This document shows positions 30,351-42,885 of a stretch of 64,000 nt of DNA, one piece after another. The stretch is from assembly GCA_964016885.1 (NCBI GenBank), contig OZ024741.1:354702001-354766000 (forward strand), written 5' to 3'. The DNA comes from Eledone cirrhosa. Lineage: Eukaryota. The notes beneath the pieces are model-generated. The model did no database searches. It was not told where the DNA came from and worked only from the letters and a program-made list of their open reading frames with translations. Position 1 is the first letter of the stretch; every line of letters starts with the position of its first letter. The position numbers and the translations under genes are program-made.

Positions 30351-31811
30351 TAAAAGGACACACTTTATGCTGTTCAAAGTACAACTTGAAAAAAAATCTA
30401 GATTGTCATGACGAGCAATACCTTTGCTTATAGATCTATCAGCGTGGGGTCTGACACCATCTGTCATCCCTCCTCCCACGCCGCCTTCGTGTGTCCTATC
30501 ATATCTTCTTCTATATCAGTTATTCTATTACCCACAAAACATTTCCTTACTGCCCAACTATTTTTATCTTTTCTATTTGCTAACTAAACATCACATTTTG
30601 TAACTATTATTTCAATTTATATATATATACGTCTCGAAGATTTCCCCCTCTCTCTTCTATAACTCTTTCATCAGTGCCCTCTTCAACCATCCCTCTTGCC
30701 TAACTTTTTGTTTTTTTCTCTACTCTTCCTCTGCGACTTTGTCATCAGCGCACCTCGTTTTATATTCTCTTGTCAAAAATTATTTTATCATGCCCCTCTT
30801 CCTCTTTCTCCTACTCCTTACTCACTCTTACAGTATCGTTTTAACTATCATCTTCTTCCGCAATAATCTTCGTCACCCTTCACTATATCACTTTTTCTCC
30901 CTTTCTCCCACCACCACTGTGTCACTTTTTATCTGTTACCTCCTCCTCCTCCTCCCATCACTACTACCAGCACTGTTTTGAACTTTCTGCCATTAAACAA
31001 AAACAAACTTTACACCGCTTCTCAATGGTGTCGAAACCGTCTCTCTATATACACGGAAGCTGTTGTCCTGACACCGTACCACCGACACCTTCCCACCAAT
31101 CACTATCATTCTCACCGGGTAAGCTGTAGAAATTTTACCTTTTTTCTAAAACTTATTTACTCCCATGTAACTCAACCTGGTCTCGTCAGATTTACGGCCA
31201 TGTCTACCGACCGATCAAACCAGACGACACGCTACACACTCAATAGATTCTCCTCATGTCCTGAAAACTGTGACTTTCTTTAACACTTGTACGTTGTTCA
31301 GTAAATATTTACATATGTGGTTTATCTGTTTTATCTGAAGTTTTTATTTATCTTGTAAAAAAACAACAATACCCAAACCCTTTTTCCTTCTATCTTTCAT
31401 AATTTTGTCCCACCGACAAGATGTCACTTCCGTCCAAACAACGAAACCATCGTTCTATCATAGTTTTTTCTTCTTACGCTTACAAGTTATATATATATAT
31501 ATATATTATATATATAATATATATATATTATATATATAATATATATATATTATATATATAATATATATATATTATATATATAATATATATATATTATATA
31601 TATAATATATATATATTATATATATATTATATATATATTATATATATTATATATATATAATATATATATATTATATATATATTATTAGGGTAAATATTGA
31701 TGCAATTCAATTCAAGCACTCAACGTACTTTTTCCACATAGGAGTGACGGAGTAAATATCGAATAAGGAAAAGCGAAGTAGTTTCAGATGTTCAAGTCCT
31801 TTAATAATAAT

Positions 31812-31885
31812 GCTGTGATATATATTTCAATGACGACACTGGCCACACTGTTCTGTGTGCGAGTGTCGTGTCATCATCAGACAGC
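31812..31885 (-). ncRNA. Type I hammerhead with long stem II in a PLE fragment (~31686-32008) between TA tracts
   Basis: Minus strand GCTGT-CTGATGA-TGACACGACACT...AGTGTCGTCATT-GAAA-TATATA-TC-ACAGC; fragment has inverted segment GAATAAGGAAAAGCGAAGTAGTTTCA (31761) / TGAAACTACTTCGCTTTTCCTTATTC (31982). Confidence 0.82.
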
Positions 31886-32138
31886 TTGTTACATAATAAG
31901 GTTGTTTCCGGGGCAATCCAAATTGAATCGACATGGGAACGGATGAAGTTCGTGCTTTTGGGTTTTTCATCCGTTCCCTTGTGAAACTACTTCGCTTTTC
32001 CTTATTCTATATTATATATATATTATATATATAATATATATATATTATATATATATATATTATATATATAATATATATATATTATATATATATTATATAT
32101 ATATATTTTATATATTATATATATATATTTTATATATT

Positions 32139-32180
<42 letters not shown>

Positions 32181-32308
32181 ATATAGGTGGTTCTTTAGAT
32201 TCGTGCTTTACTGAGAAACGTACCCAAATCAGCACTCTATACTAAGGCAGAGTGTATATATTAAAAACAAAACGAGATTTCACATTAAGTTATTTATTGA
32301 TTATACAC

Positions 32309-32384
32309 AATTACGACCGTTTCGCAGATGGATGGCTCAAGATTTATGTAAAAGCAGACTCCAGCCCTATCTGTTAATCAGACT
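32309..32384 (-). ncRNA. Degenerate hammerhead motif in a PLE-like fragment (~32185-32420)
   Basis: Minus strand CTGATTA-ACAGAT...ATCTGC-GAAA-CGGTCG-TA; G8 mutated, weak stem I. Confidence 0.5.
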
Positions 32385-32414
32385 TGAAAATCAAGCAAAG
32401 ACAAAATCTCATCT

Positions 32415-32473
<59 letters not shown>

Positions 32474-33042
32474 CATATATACACACACACAAATATGAGA
32501 TGAGGTATCAAAACATCAAATATGTTTGATTATATATATATATATATATATATTCGTGTATGTATGTTTGAGAGCGTGTATTTGTATGGATGTATATATG
32601 CATGTGTGTGTCTGTATATATATATATATATAAATAATTATTATCATCATCATCACTATTGTCATGCCCACATTTCCATGCTAACGTGGATTGGACAGGA
32701 CGTCTGGGGACAATACAACCGGATTCTCTTCCTGGCTCTTTTAGTCGTCACCAGAGTCACGCTGCCAACAAAAACACATGCACCAGGTGGATTTCGCTTT
32801 GGTTTTATTATAAGTCGGGTAATTAATCCAAGACAAGGAGCAAATAAAACAAAGTCAGAACGAAGAGGAGACACAGAATATGTGACGAATGAGCTTTGAA
32901 AATTAAATAACCACCCGGTTACTAAACTAACAGAGATTAGAATGGAACCACAATTAAAATAAGGTCAGGGCTAGATTTAGACCTTAGAGGTATGGAGTAG
33001 TTCAGGTTTTGTTGGGCCCTCAATAAACAACAAGCACTTTAA

Positions 33043-33230
33043 CCCTTTAGTATTCATATTACTCTATATATACTATTGTATTTTCATGGTGAAGACTTAA
33101 TATCGAATCTATGAGATTTTGAAAGTATTTATTTTGAGAACAATACCTTATCATCAGTTTGAGCGACAAGTTACAGCCAGTTTCAACAGAAAGAGGTAGA
33201 GAATTTTTGGTCGGTTTGAACATTAAAGGG
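33043..33230. mobile_element. piggyBac-type MITE (second copy 46531-46720)
   Basis: TTAA|CCCTTTA...TAAAGGG|TTAA; shared internal sequence between the copies. Confidence 0.82.
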
Positions 33231-35349
33231 TTAAAGCAATTTTCCTGTTAACGGTTGACCTTGTAGGCCTCATCACAAGCTTCTACACTTGTCCATGTTA
33301 ACTGCATTCTCTTTCAACAACACTCTAGCTTTCATTTCCTCAACCATCATCCCCAGTCATGTATTTTTTAGTCTTCCTCTTTTTCTCCCTTCCTCCACAT
33401 TCATTTCTACACATGACCCAACCATCTCATTCCATTTCTCTTCACAACATCCATCACGGGCTCTATTCCCATCCTTTGCAATTTATTGTTTGTTATCCTT
33501 TCTCTGAGCAATACTCAACTCATCCACCTTACTATTCTCATTTTGACTCTTTCCATCTTTCATGCCATTCTGTTGCCAGAACTTCATCTAATTTTTGTGT
33601 ATGGATCCCTCATAGAGGCAAATTACCAAATTTACATATCAAAATCCATTTAGTGCAAGAAATTATAATTGACTATTTATACATATACAATTTAAATGTA
33701 AAAAAATAAAAAGACTGAATTCCTCATCATTATGCTGGTGTTTGGAACATAATATAATAAAGGTTTTTTTCTCATAAAATTATAATGGGAAGTTTTTAGA
33801 TAAATTTAAATATTTTAAAACAGCTGTGTATTGTAGAATCAGTTTCAGCAGTTGGTATGATATCAAAATATATTTCAGTGAAATGGTTAGATTTTAAAAT
33901 TCATGTTAATATACACTTGTATTTTAAAAATATTTTTTATCAAATTTTCGTAATTTACTTACATGTTAGTGGCTAGAGACCATTGTGACAAATGTTTGGT
34001 TAACTTAAAAAAAAAAAGAAATTGGAGAGAGAGAGACTGAATAGAGAGGAAAAGATTTGAATTTCTTCAAATACACCAGTCCAGTACCATGTGATGAAGT
34101 CCAATAATGGTAGTTGCAAAGGAATGGTCACTGTGTACATATAACCATGCATACACACACATAAATATATATACACATCAAGCATCATCATTAACCCTAC
34201 ATATACTCATACACATGCGTACATATACACCACCTCCTGCAACTTTCACCAACTGGTGTCACTAAAGTAGAGAAATTTTGATAAATTGACACAAAAACAA
34301 CATTGATTAGGTTTTTAAAAACATACTCTTTAAAATATAAAATTATTTATAAACAGGGACTTTTTCTAGCTCTGTTCTTAAAAGGTAGCAGGGCTCTGTT
34401 CAGAGAAATGGGGGTTGAAGAGGGCCCAAGGCAATTGCCCACTCCATCCCTTGATAAATCCAACATTGAATAAAGTACTCAGCTAGAGAGTGCACATTAT
34501 TAATTTGATTGAGAGTTGACAGTTTCTGACGATTTTGTAACTGAATGAAACATAACTAGTTGTGTAAAAGTTACCTTGCAATGTGTGTCTGTGTGCTTAG
34601 TATTGACAGTTGCAAGAATGAGTATTCAGTACCCTAGTTAAGATTAATATTTTCTTTATTAAGGTTAAGTTTGAGCCTTGTTGCTCTGGAGTTTCTCTTG
34701 TCAACTCAGAGACTATTGTCTGACCCTGTGTTTACACAGGAGAAACTCCAGTGATTCAAACTTGGCCTTAATAAAGAATATATATGATAAAATGCACATG
34801 ATACAACTTGTAAAGTGGTTGGTGATGGGAAGAGCATCCAATCGTAGAAATCTTGCCAAACAAAGAGTAGAGAAGACTCTTCAGTTGTGTCAGAGACATC
34901 GCAACCTCCATATTGTTGGTGCACGATTGCAAGGCATTTCTATAGAGTGCGGGAACATATGTAAGCAAGATGGATCTTAGCTCATATGAGATAGCAGTGA
35001 CTCCAATTAAGTACTGACATGGTCTCTGATAATCCATCTAACCCTTACTAGCAAGGAAAACAGACTTTAAATGCTGATGATGACAAAAGAGTTCTCTGTA
35101 CCCAATGTTATTTTCACTTAATCAACAGCCACTTAACAGTACAGAATGTACTGGCTGCATTATATTGTGAATGAACTGGGTAAGGTGTGGCAACAAGCAA
35201 TACTCCTGGATAAAGCAATTAGAGTATAGAGTGCCTGCCAAATTAGGTGGTATGTACTATTTTATCCTTTACAAGATAATTTGTCAGTGATAATGTGTCC
35301 CATATCATTTCTATTAATATTTTAGTAAGTAATTCATTATTTGAACTAA

Positions 35350-35640
35350 TTGACTGTAAAGTGGTTGTGTATGTGTCACGACAAAAAGCACCCAGCCCAC
35401 ACTGTAAAATGATCATGTAGGAGTAATGACAAAAAGCACCCAGCCCACATTGCAAAGTGGTCATGTAGGAGTCATGACAAAAAGCACCCAGTACTCACTG
35501 TAAATGTGGTTGGCATTAGGAAGGGCATCCAACCATAGAAACCAAACCAGAAAAAGTTCTGTGTGAGTAAGACACAGTTACCTGAACCAACCTTGCTTCA
35601 AACAGGACAACCCATCTAACCCATTTGGTCATGGCTTCTA
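35350..35640 (+). mobile_element. Old RTE 3'UTR fragment with ~3 tandem ACAAAAAGCACCCAG units
   Basis: Matches the 3'UTR repeats of RTE family b (50090-50420). Confidence 0.7.
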
Positions 35641-35800
35641 TGGACGGATGCCCATCCTAATACAAGCACTTTTCCAGAGTATATTGAATTCAAATTGAGT
35701 ATTTTATTGATTAACCTCAGTTACAAACGTTTCCCATGGACACTATTAATTTGTGTAATTTAAAGATTATCACCCCAGTTTCAAAGATATGATATCATAT

Positions 35801-36831
35801 ATCATCATCATCATCGTTTAACGTCTATCTTCCACACTAACATGGGTTTAGATGGGAATTGTCCCACTTGAGGCAAGATCGGTTGTCCTGCTCGTATAGG
35901 ACTGTCTGGCAGGTTTTCTACGGCTGGATACACTTCCGAACACCAACCACGTTTACAGTGTGGACTGGGAGGTTTTTACCGTGTTACCTACACGGCCACA
36001 TTACAGCGTGGACTGTGTTTTTTTGTTGTGACACCTACACGACCTTATTTATTTAGGACTGGATGTTGTGGTACCAACATAACTTTACAGAGAAAGGGGT
36101 GGTGTTGATGGGGGTGGGAGTAGGGGTAGTGGGATGGGAGTGTATATTTGGTTAAGAGGTACCTACTGACTGTAGGTTTTGCTTTGTACATAGGCAAGGT
36201 GCGTCTTCTGTATTACTGCGTAGCGCCAAAAGATCTCGGTCCAGGGACATTGTCTTGGAGAGGTGTAAGTGTGTGAGGTCAGAATTTATCAAATTGTCGC
36301 AGGTTTTTCTGGGTCTGCCTACTCCGTAACTTCCATCAATTTTGACCGCCCTGCACTTTTTTATACGGCTGTCGTCTTTCATCTTTCATGCGCATCACGT
36401 GACCATACCAACGTAGTCTTCTCTCAAGTAAACAGCATCTGATCCCTCTTATTCCTAATTTCTCACTTAGTTCATTTATGCTTTGCCGTTCACGTATATT
36501 ACTATTACACATCCAACGGAGCATGCAAGCTTCATTCCTCTCCAGTCTGCGCAGATCCTCTGCACACAATGCCCATGTCTCACTGCCATGTAACATTGCT
36601 GTTCGTATGCAGGCATCATATAGTCTGCCTTTCATTTTTAGAGAGAACCCTTTAGCGGCCAATAGTGGTATAAGCTCTCTGAAAACTTTTTCCATCCCGT
36701 TCTGACTCTGGCTGCTGTACTTTCAGAGCACCCTGCACCACTGCTGATTTTGTCACCCAGGTAATGGACGGTGTCCACTATTTCTATAGAACCATCTGGG
36801 CAATGGAAGGAGCTAGTATCCTGTGGGCACT
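35801..36831 (-). mobile_element. RTE family a, degenerate 3' portion
   Basis: ORF pieces 36336-36695 and 36152-36382 match 51063-51998 with frameshifts; (CAT)n tail at 35801. Confidence 0.9.
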
Positions 36832-36834
36832 TAT

Positions 36835-38110
36835 ATAATAATAATGATAATAATGAAAATATTGTGTACAGTGCTCAGGTGCACTACAACTCATCAAAAG
36901 TGTATGTATAGTACATAGGGTAATGTACAAACGTCAGGAAAATGAACAGTGCATGAGTCATGATATACACATGTGTGCATGTGTATGGAAGGGGGACATC
37001 AGGTGTAGTTTTGGTGAATTTCGGGAAGCATGAGGGTTTTAAAGGATGCAGTCTCGGCAGCTAACAACTGACGCAGGCAGTTTGTTCCATGCTTCAGCAA
37101 CTCTAAGCGTGAAAAAATGTTTCCGAAAGTCATGGGAGCTGTGCTGTTTTCTGACTTTGTAGGCATGTCCACGTGTGTTAGACACATGGAGATCAAAAAG
37201 GTGCTCAGGGTTGTTGTTGGCGAGATGGTTAATAACTTTGTGGGTCTTTACCAAGTCCATTGCCAGACGTCGGAGCTTCAATGAATCCATGCCCAGGGAA
37301 GCAAGGCGTTCAGAGTATGGTAGGTGTCTGATGGAGGGTATACGCTTGGTTGCACGTCTCTGAACAGTTTCCAGGAGGTCAATGTTCTGAGCCAGATAGG
37401 GGTTCCAGACTGATGATGCGAATTCCAAGTGTGGTCGTACCATAGCTGTATACAGCTTTAAATAGATGGCTGGAGAGCGGCTAACAAAGGTCTTGCTGAG
37501 TGGTGCCAAGACACCCTGGGCCTTCTTGACAATTTTAGAGATGTGCTTTGTCCAATGCAAATCGCTGCTGACAGTAATGGCCAGGTCACGTTCACAAGAG
37601 GACTTCTTGATATCAGTGTTGTGGAGGGAGTATGTGGACGCTGGATTTTTCCTCCCTAAATGCATGGTGGTACACTTGTCCACAGCCAGCTTCAGTTGCC
37701 AGTCTGTGATCCATTGCTGCATTGTGTCCAGGTCTTATTGTAGGAAAGAGTTATAGATTTCAGGATCTGTCCTTTTCAAGGTACAGCTTGATGTCATCTG
37801 CATATTTCAGTACTGTGGCATTCTTTAAGTTGGCATCTATGTCATTAATGTATGCAACAAACAAAAGGGGACCAAGAACAGATCCCTGTGGTACACCAGA
37901 TGACATCTCATATGGTGAAGAATGCTGTCCTAGAACTGTGACTACCTCTTTTCGACTGAAAATGAAGGATTTCAACCAGTTAAAAAAATCATCCTTCACA
38001 CCCATTGCAGAGAGTTTCTCCATAAGTCTTTTGTGTGGCACAGAATTAAAAGCCTTAGCGAAGTCAAGGTAAAATCCACCCATGAGCCGCTGTCGGTGAT
38101 CCGGGTAGTT
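36835..38110 (-). mobile_element. CR1-group LINE, degenerate 3' portion
   Basis: ORFs 37760-38083 (YLDFAKAF, SGVPQGSVLGPLLF, YADD) and 37039-37722 (VRPHLEF, TRGH, FFTLRVAEAWNKLP); (TAA)n tail. Confidence 0.9.
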
Positions 38111-39727
38111 ATTAATAGCTAATTATTCATTTAGGCCTAATAAGGCAAAATTTCCCATGGACACTATTAATTTGTGTAATTTGAAGATGATTATCACCTC
38201 AGTTTCAAAGATATGACATCACAAATATGGCTAATTATTCATTTAGGCCTTATTCAAATTGTTATATTTCCTAAAATATTCATCCAAATGAGGTATTAAA
38301 ATATTTCTTTTTTGGATGCTCTCTAAGAAAAAGTATAGTAAAAGTTAGATTTAAATATTTTCAAGAATTCATAGTGATACATACAAATAGAGTGTGATTC
38401 AAATTAGAAGTATAAAAGGAAGCATATACAACATGTTTATGTATAATAAACATACATAGTCTCACTATGAGTATTTTAAACTGTTATCATATCACAAGTA
38501 CCTCAGTAACCATGTGAGAATACAAAATATTAGTATTTCAGGATATCATTAATCTATCATCAGTGAAACTTCTTCAGTACTGGGGTAGAGCAGCTAATGT
38601 TTTTGCATAAAGATTTTGCAAATATCATGTTTTTGATGATGGCATAAAAGTGAGCTGGGATTTTCCAAATAATTTTTTATATTTAAAGTTGGAAAATGAG
38701 AAGTTGCAGCTATCATATATCTTTCAATGGGTATTAGTAAAATAAATGGAAATGTTACAATAAGAATTGTAATGTTCTCAGTTTTATTCCCAGAAACAAG
38801 CATGCACTCTGTAAATTCTTGGTGAAGTCGTAAGGGTGCATAATAACATACTGCGTTCCTTGAGCATTTTCAACCTTGTGGAGTACATCCATCTTCAGGT
38901 CTGAACATAGCTGATTTCTTCTAGAGAGGGAGTGAAGAAGTGAGAATATAGAGGAAGAATTGACTCCAGCGCTGGACTGGTACTTTTTTTTAATTGTTTT
39001 TGAAAGGATGAAAGACAAAGTTGACTTTGGCTGAATTTGAACTTTGAGTACAGAGAACTGGAACAGAGAACAGACATTCGAACACTCTGCCAATTCACTG
39101 TCTCTGTAACCTTTTAAATGAGGTTATTAAAAGAGGAATAAATAATAAAATAGAGAGACTTGAATGCTGAAGAGTCACCATCTGGTTTCAAACTTTGCTA
39201 ATGGTTTTCCACTTATTCAAGTGGACAATGAATACCATCATTACCAGCATCACCACCACCATTGTGATTATTTTCCTCTCTCTGTGTATGTATGTGTGAA
39301 TGTATCTATGTATCTGTGTATGTATGTATACCAACATTTTGTGTGGAGAAAATTACATTTGGTTGCTTTAAAGTGTTTCACTTCCCCATTGTAATGGTTT
39401 ATATAAATTGTTTGTATTATTTGGGTGACAGAGTTCAAAGTTCAACTGGGCAGTTCTATTATTAATAAAAACTAAGCTTAAAAATAAAAATAAAACATTT
39501 AGCACTAACACCATTCATTAGCACGAACGCAATTCATTACTCATTACTGTGTTTATTTAATTATTACTACCAGCATAGCATAGCCAAATGGTTAAAAAGT
39601 TTGCTTCGCAATCCTGGGTTTTAGACATCTTGGGCATTTTTTATTTGTTTGGTGCCTGTTAAAAATGTGAAGAATGGTGACTGCTTAAAAATGTTAATTC
39701 ATCTGGAGTGCCATGGGGACTACTTAA

Positions 39728-40262
39728 CCCTTTTGATATCAACCCGCCCCAAACTGCCTATTTCTATAAAACAAAACCACTCATTTTAGAGGCTTTTGGT
39801 TTAAATTAAAACTTTCCAACATAATTTTATATAAGAGCACTTTCGTATGTTAGAGATACCATCTTAATGAAATTTTATATTTAGTAAATCCTTTCCAAAT
39901 TCTTAATTAACTAATATACAAAGTATTTCATTAGAAATATGGTAATGACTGGGTTGAAGATGTAACCTTACCTGGAGTGCTATGGAAACTGTTTAAAGGT
40001 ATCAACTTATCTTTCATTAGCATATTTCTAATAAAAGACTTTGCCTATGATTACCAAACAATTTTTTAAATAATCAAGAATTTAAAGGGCTTTAGTAATA
40101 TAACAAACTTTCTCATTATCAAGTTGGTGTTTGGAACACAACTTAACAAATGTTCTTACATAAAATTATGATGGCAGGTTTTTATATAACTATAACCTGT
40201 TTAAAACAAATAGTTTTGTATCGTAGAACCAGATGCAGTTTTAAGTGGGTTGGTATTAAGAG
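39728..40262. mobile_element. Degenerate piggyBac-type non-autonomous element
   Basis: TTAA|CCCTTTTGATATCAACCCGC...GTGGGTTGGTATTAAGAG|TTAA; related piece at ~33720-33870. Confidence 0.55.
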
Positions 40263-41165
40263 TTAAAAATATAACCTTAGTTGGGGCTTTTTCCTCCTTT
40301 AAAAATTCTGCTTGTGGTTTCAGTATCAACATTGTTCACTATGACCAGAGTTGACAATACCATGGTTTCTACCACCACTAAAACCTATAATATCATATAA
40401 ATCAACAAGGAATGTCTACAGCATTGATTAACCTGCTAGATATAGCAGCCAAATTCCATTATATCACACAGAAAAAACAGTGCAGTCAGGAATATTTAAA
40501 GACAGTACTACTACTACTACTACTACCACCACTACCTTAACTACTACTATTATTAACAATGTCACAGTTTGACAAAATAATACGAATCTAATCCTACCAT
40601 AATACCACTATCATTGTTATCACCACAAACATTACCATCACCGACACCACCACCATTCACAATAGCAACATTATGTCAACATGAAATTTAAATCAACATT
40701 TTCTTTTCAATTTTTTTTTCTTTAGAGAGTAAAACATAAGCCTTTGGCAAAGTTAATATCCCTTGGGTAAACTACAAAAACTACAAAATTTGTTTGATTC
40801 TTGGTCATAGCTTTCTATGAACAAGAATCAAACAAAAAGGAGATGATCATCAGATCAAACCAAGAAAGCTATGTTTCCATTGGTTTTTTTCATTGCTAAT
40901 ACTATTTGCCACTCGCATCTCCTGGCAGAAGTGTCACTACTTTTTCTGTGATAGGAGGTGGTCTCCAAACTCAGAATGCTCAGAGCTGGAATAGATGATG
41001 CAAATTATCCATCCCATCAGACACTTTTGACAATTCAAACAGTCTGGTTTGAACCGTGATTTTATTTATTTATCCTGTTAGGGTGAAAGGTAAAGTTGAC
41101 CTCAGCAGGATTTGGACTCAGAGCACAGAGAGCTGGAACAACTACCAATGTACTTAATCTGATTA

Positions 41166-42885
41166 CACCGTGTAACATATTTTTTGTTCCCCCGTTTCAA
41201 AGTGTCATTTCATGGTTTGTTATATCCCATTATTATAACAAAAACACTATTATTTAATCAGAAGTTTGGGTTTGTGGTCATGAGTTTGATATTTCAAAAT
41301 TTTCATATTTTTCAAGAAAAAACACATTTTAAAAAAATTTATCAGTTCATATAATTAAATCAACAGAGTATATATTTATTTTATTACACAAGCTTATCAA
41401 AAGCAAACAAGTAAAAACAAATAACACTTATAAAGCAGCTTATACACGTCAGAAATGACTGGATTTGCTGTTGCATTCCCGCACTAGCCCCCAGATAAAG
41501 TCCTCCATCATTTTTTCATTGTAGTGGCCCTGGTACCTCCGCTCTATCTCTTTCACATCTTGGTGGAATCGTTCGCCTTGTTCTTCTGAGTAGGCGCCCA
41601 TATTGTCCTTGAATTTTTCCAGGTGAGCGTCCAGCATATGAGTTTAAGCGACATCCTGCATCCCATGGTGCCAAAAGCCTTTATCAGATCCTGCTCCAGT
41701 TGCTGGTAGTTTTCAGCTCTAGTTGCTCAGGAAGCCCTTAACAACTGCCTTGAAACAGTTCCATGCTGTTCTCTCAATCCTATTGAGCTTATTGGAGAAC
41801 TCTGTAGACTCAAACACCTTCTTTATCTGAGGTCCAACAAAAATTCCACCTTTGATTTTGGCCTCAGATAACTTTGGGAAAAACTCAAGAAGGTACTTAA
41901 AAGCGGCTGATTCTTGGTTGAGAGCCTTCACAAACTGCTTCATCAACCCCAACTTAATGTGCAGTGGCGGCATGAGCACAATCCTGGGATCAACCAGTGG
42001 CTCCCACATGACGTTCCAGGTCCCAACTACAGATTCTGTTCGCTGCTCCCAGTTCTTTCTTTTGTAGTGGTCAGAGGTGGCTCTGCTGTCCCAAAGGCAG
42101 AGGAAGCATTGGAATTTGATAAAGCCTCCTTGGAGTCCAAGCAGGAAAGCCACTATCTTGAAGTCTCCAATGATTTCCCAATTGTACTGGTTGTATTGCA
42201 GAGCTTCCAAGAGGACTTTCACACTGTAGTAATCTTCCTTCAGGCAGACTGAATGAGCTAGGGGCAGTGTCAGGAACTTGTTTTCATTGTGGAGGAGGAC
42301 AGCTTTCAAACTTGTGGTGGAGCTGTCTATAAATAGTTGCCACTCCTTGGGCACAAACGGCACCCCAATAACGTCAAACAGTCCAGGCACGTCATGGCAG
42401 AAGCAGAGGCCATCCCTAAGAGTGTAAAAGCCTGAGAAAGGTTTGTGTCGACTTCTCTGACTTGTCACCCGCACTTCCTCCTTGACCAAGTTCCACTGCT
42501 TCATCCTGGAGATGAATGCTTAAAACACAACTTACTTATTCAAGGTGCGAAAATCCAGTATCAATAAATCTCTTTAATCCACTTTTTAACAATTTTATAC
42601 TTTATTGCACTTTTATAATTTTCTTTAGGTATTACTCTTTATTTTATAATTTTAATTTAACCTGAAACATATATAAAAAAAATCATTTAACATAAGCAAA
42701 TTAAACTTACATACAACGTAAAATCCAGCATACAAATAATTCTAGTGAATAGCTTAGAATTTTTACAAACCCAAACTTTTAACTGTTTAATACCACTTTT
42801 TTATTTATTTATTTGGGACCTAAGCAACACAAAAAAAGTGATTACAGCCAGGAACAGAGAAAAAGATTTTTTTCATTACACAGTA
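41166..42885 (-). mobile_element. Chapaev3-like (CMC group) DNA transposon, decayed and probably internally deleted
   Basis: Imperfect TIRs CACCGTGTAAC / TTACACAGTA with 3-bp TSD TTA on both sides; transposase remnants inside. Confidence 0.78.
41449..42504 (-). pseudogene. Transposase pseudogene (Chapaev3-like)
   Basis: Motifs WQLFIDSS, GDFKIVAFLLGLQGG, CFLCLWDSR, PPLHIKLGLMKQFVKAL, SEEQGERFHQD, split by a stop and frameshift. Confidence 0.82.

Noticed and set aside
30990-31490. Possible decayed PLE 3' region with CGAAAC motifs
   Set aside because: No intact core or pairing and no second copy in the window
38755-39093. 112-aa ORF as a possible host exon
   Set aside because: Lies wholly within a minus-strand copy of the long SINE seen four times in the window
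40727-40767. Candidate 41-nt micro-exon (RVKHKPLAKLISL)
   Set aside because: Good acceptor but weak donor (GTAAAC) and no recognisable homology; insufficient support
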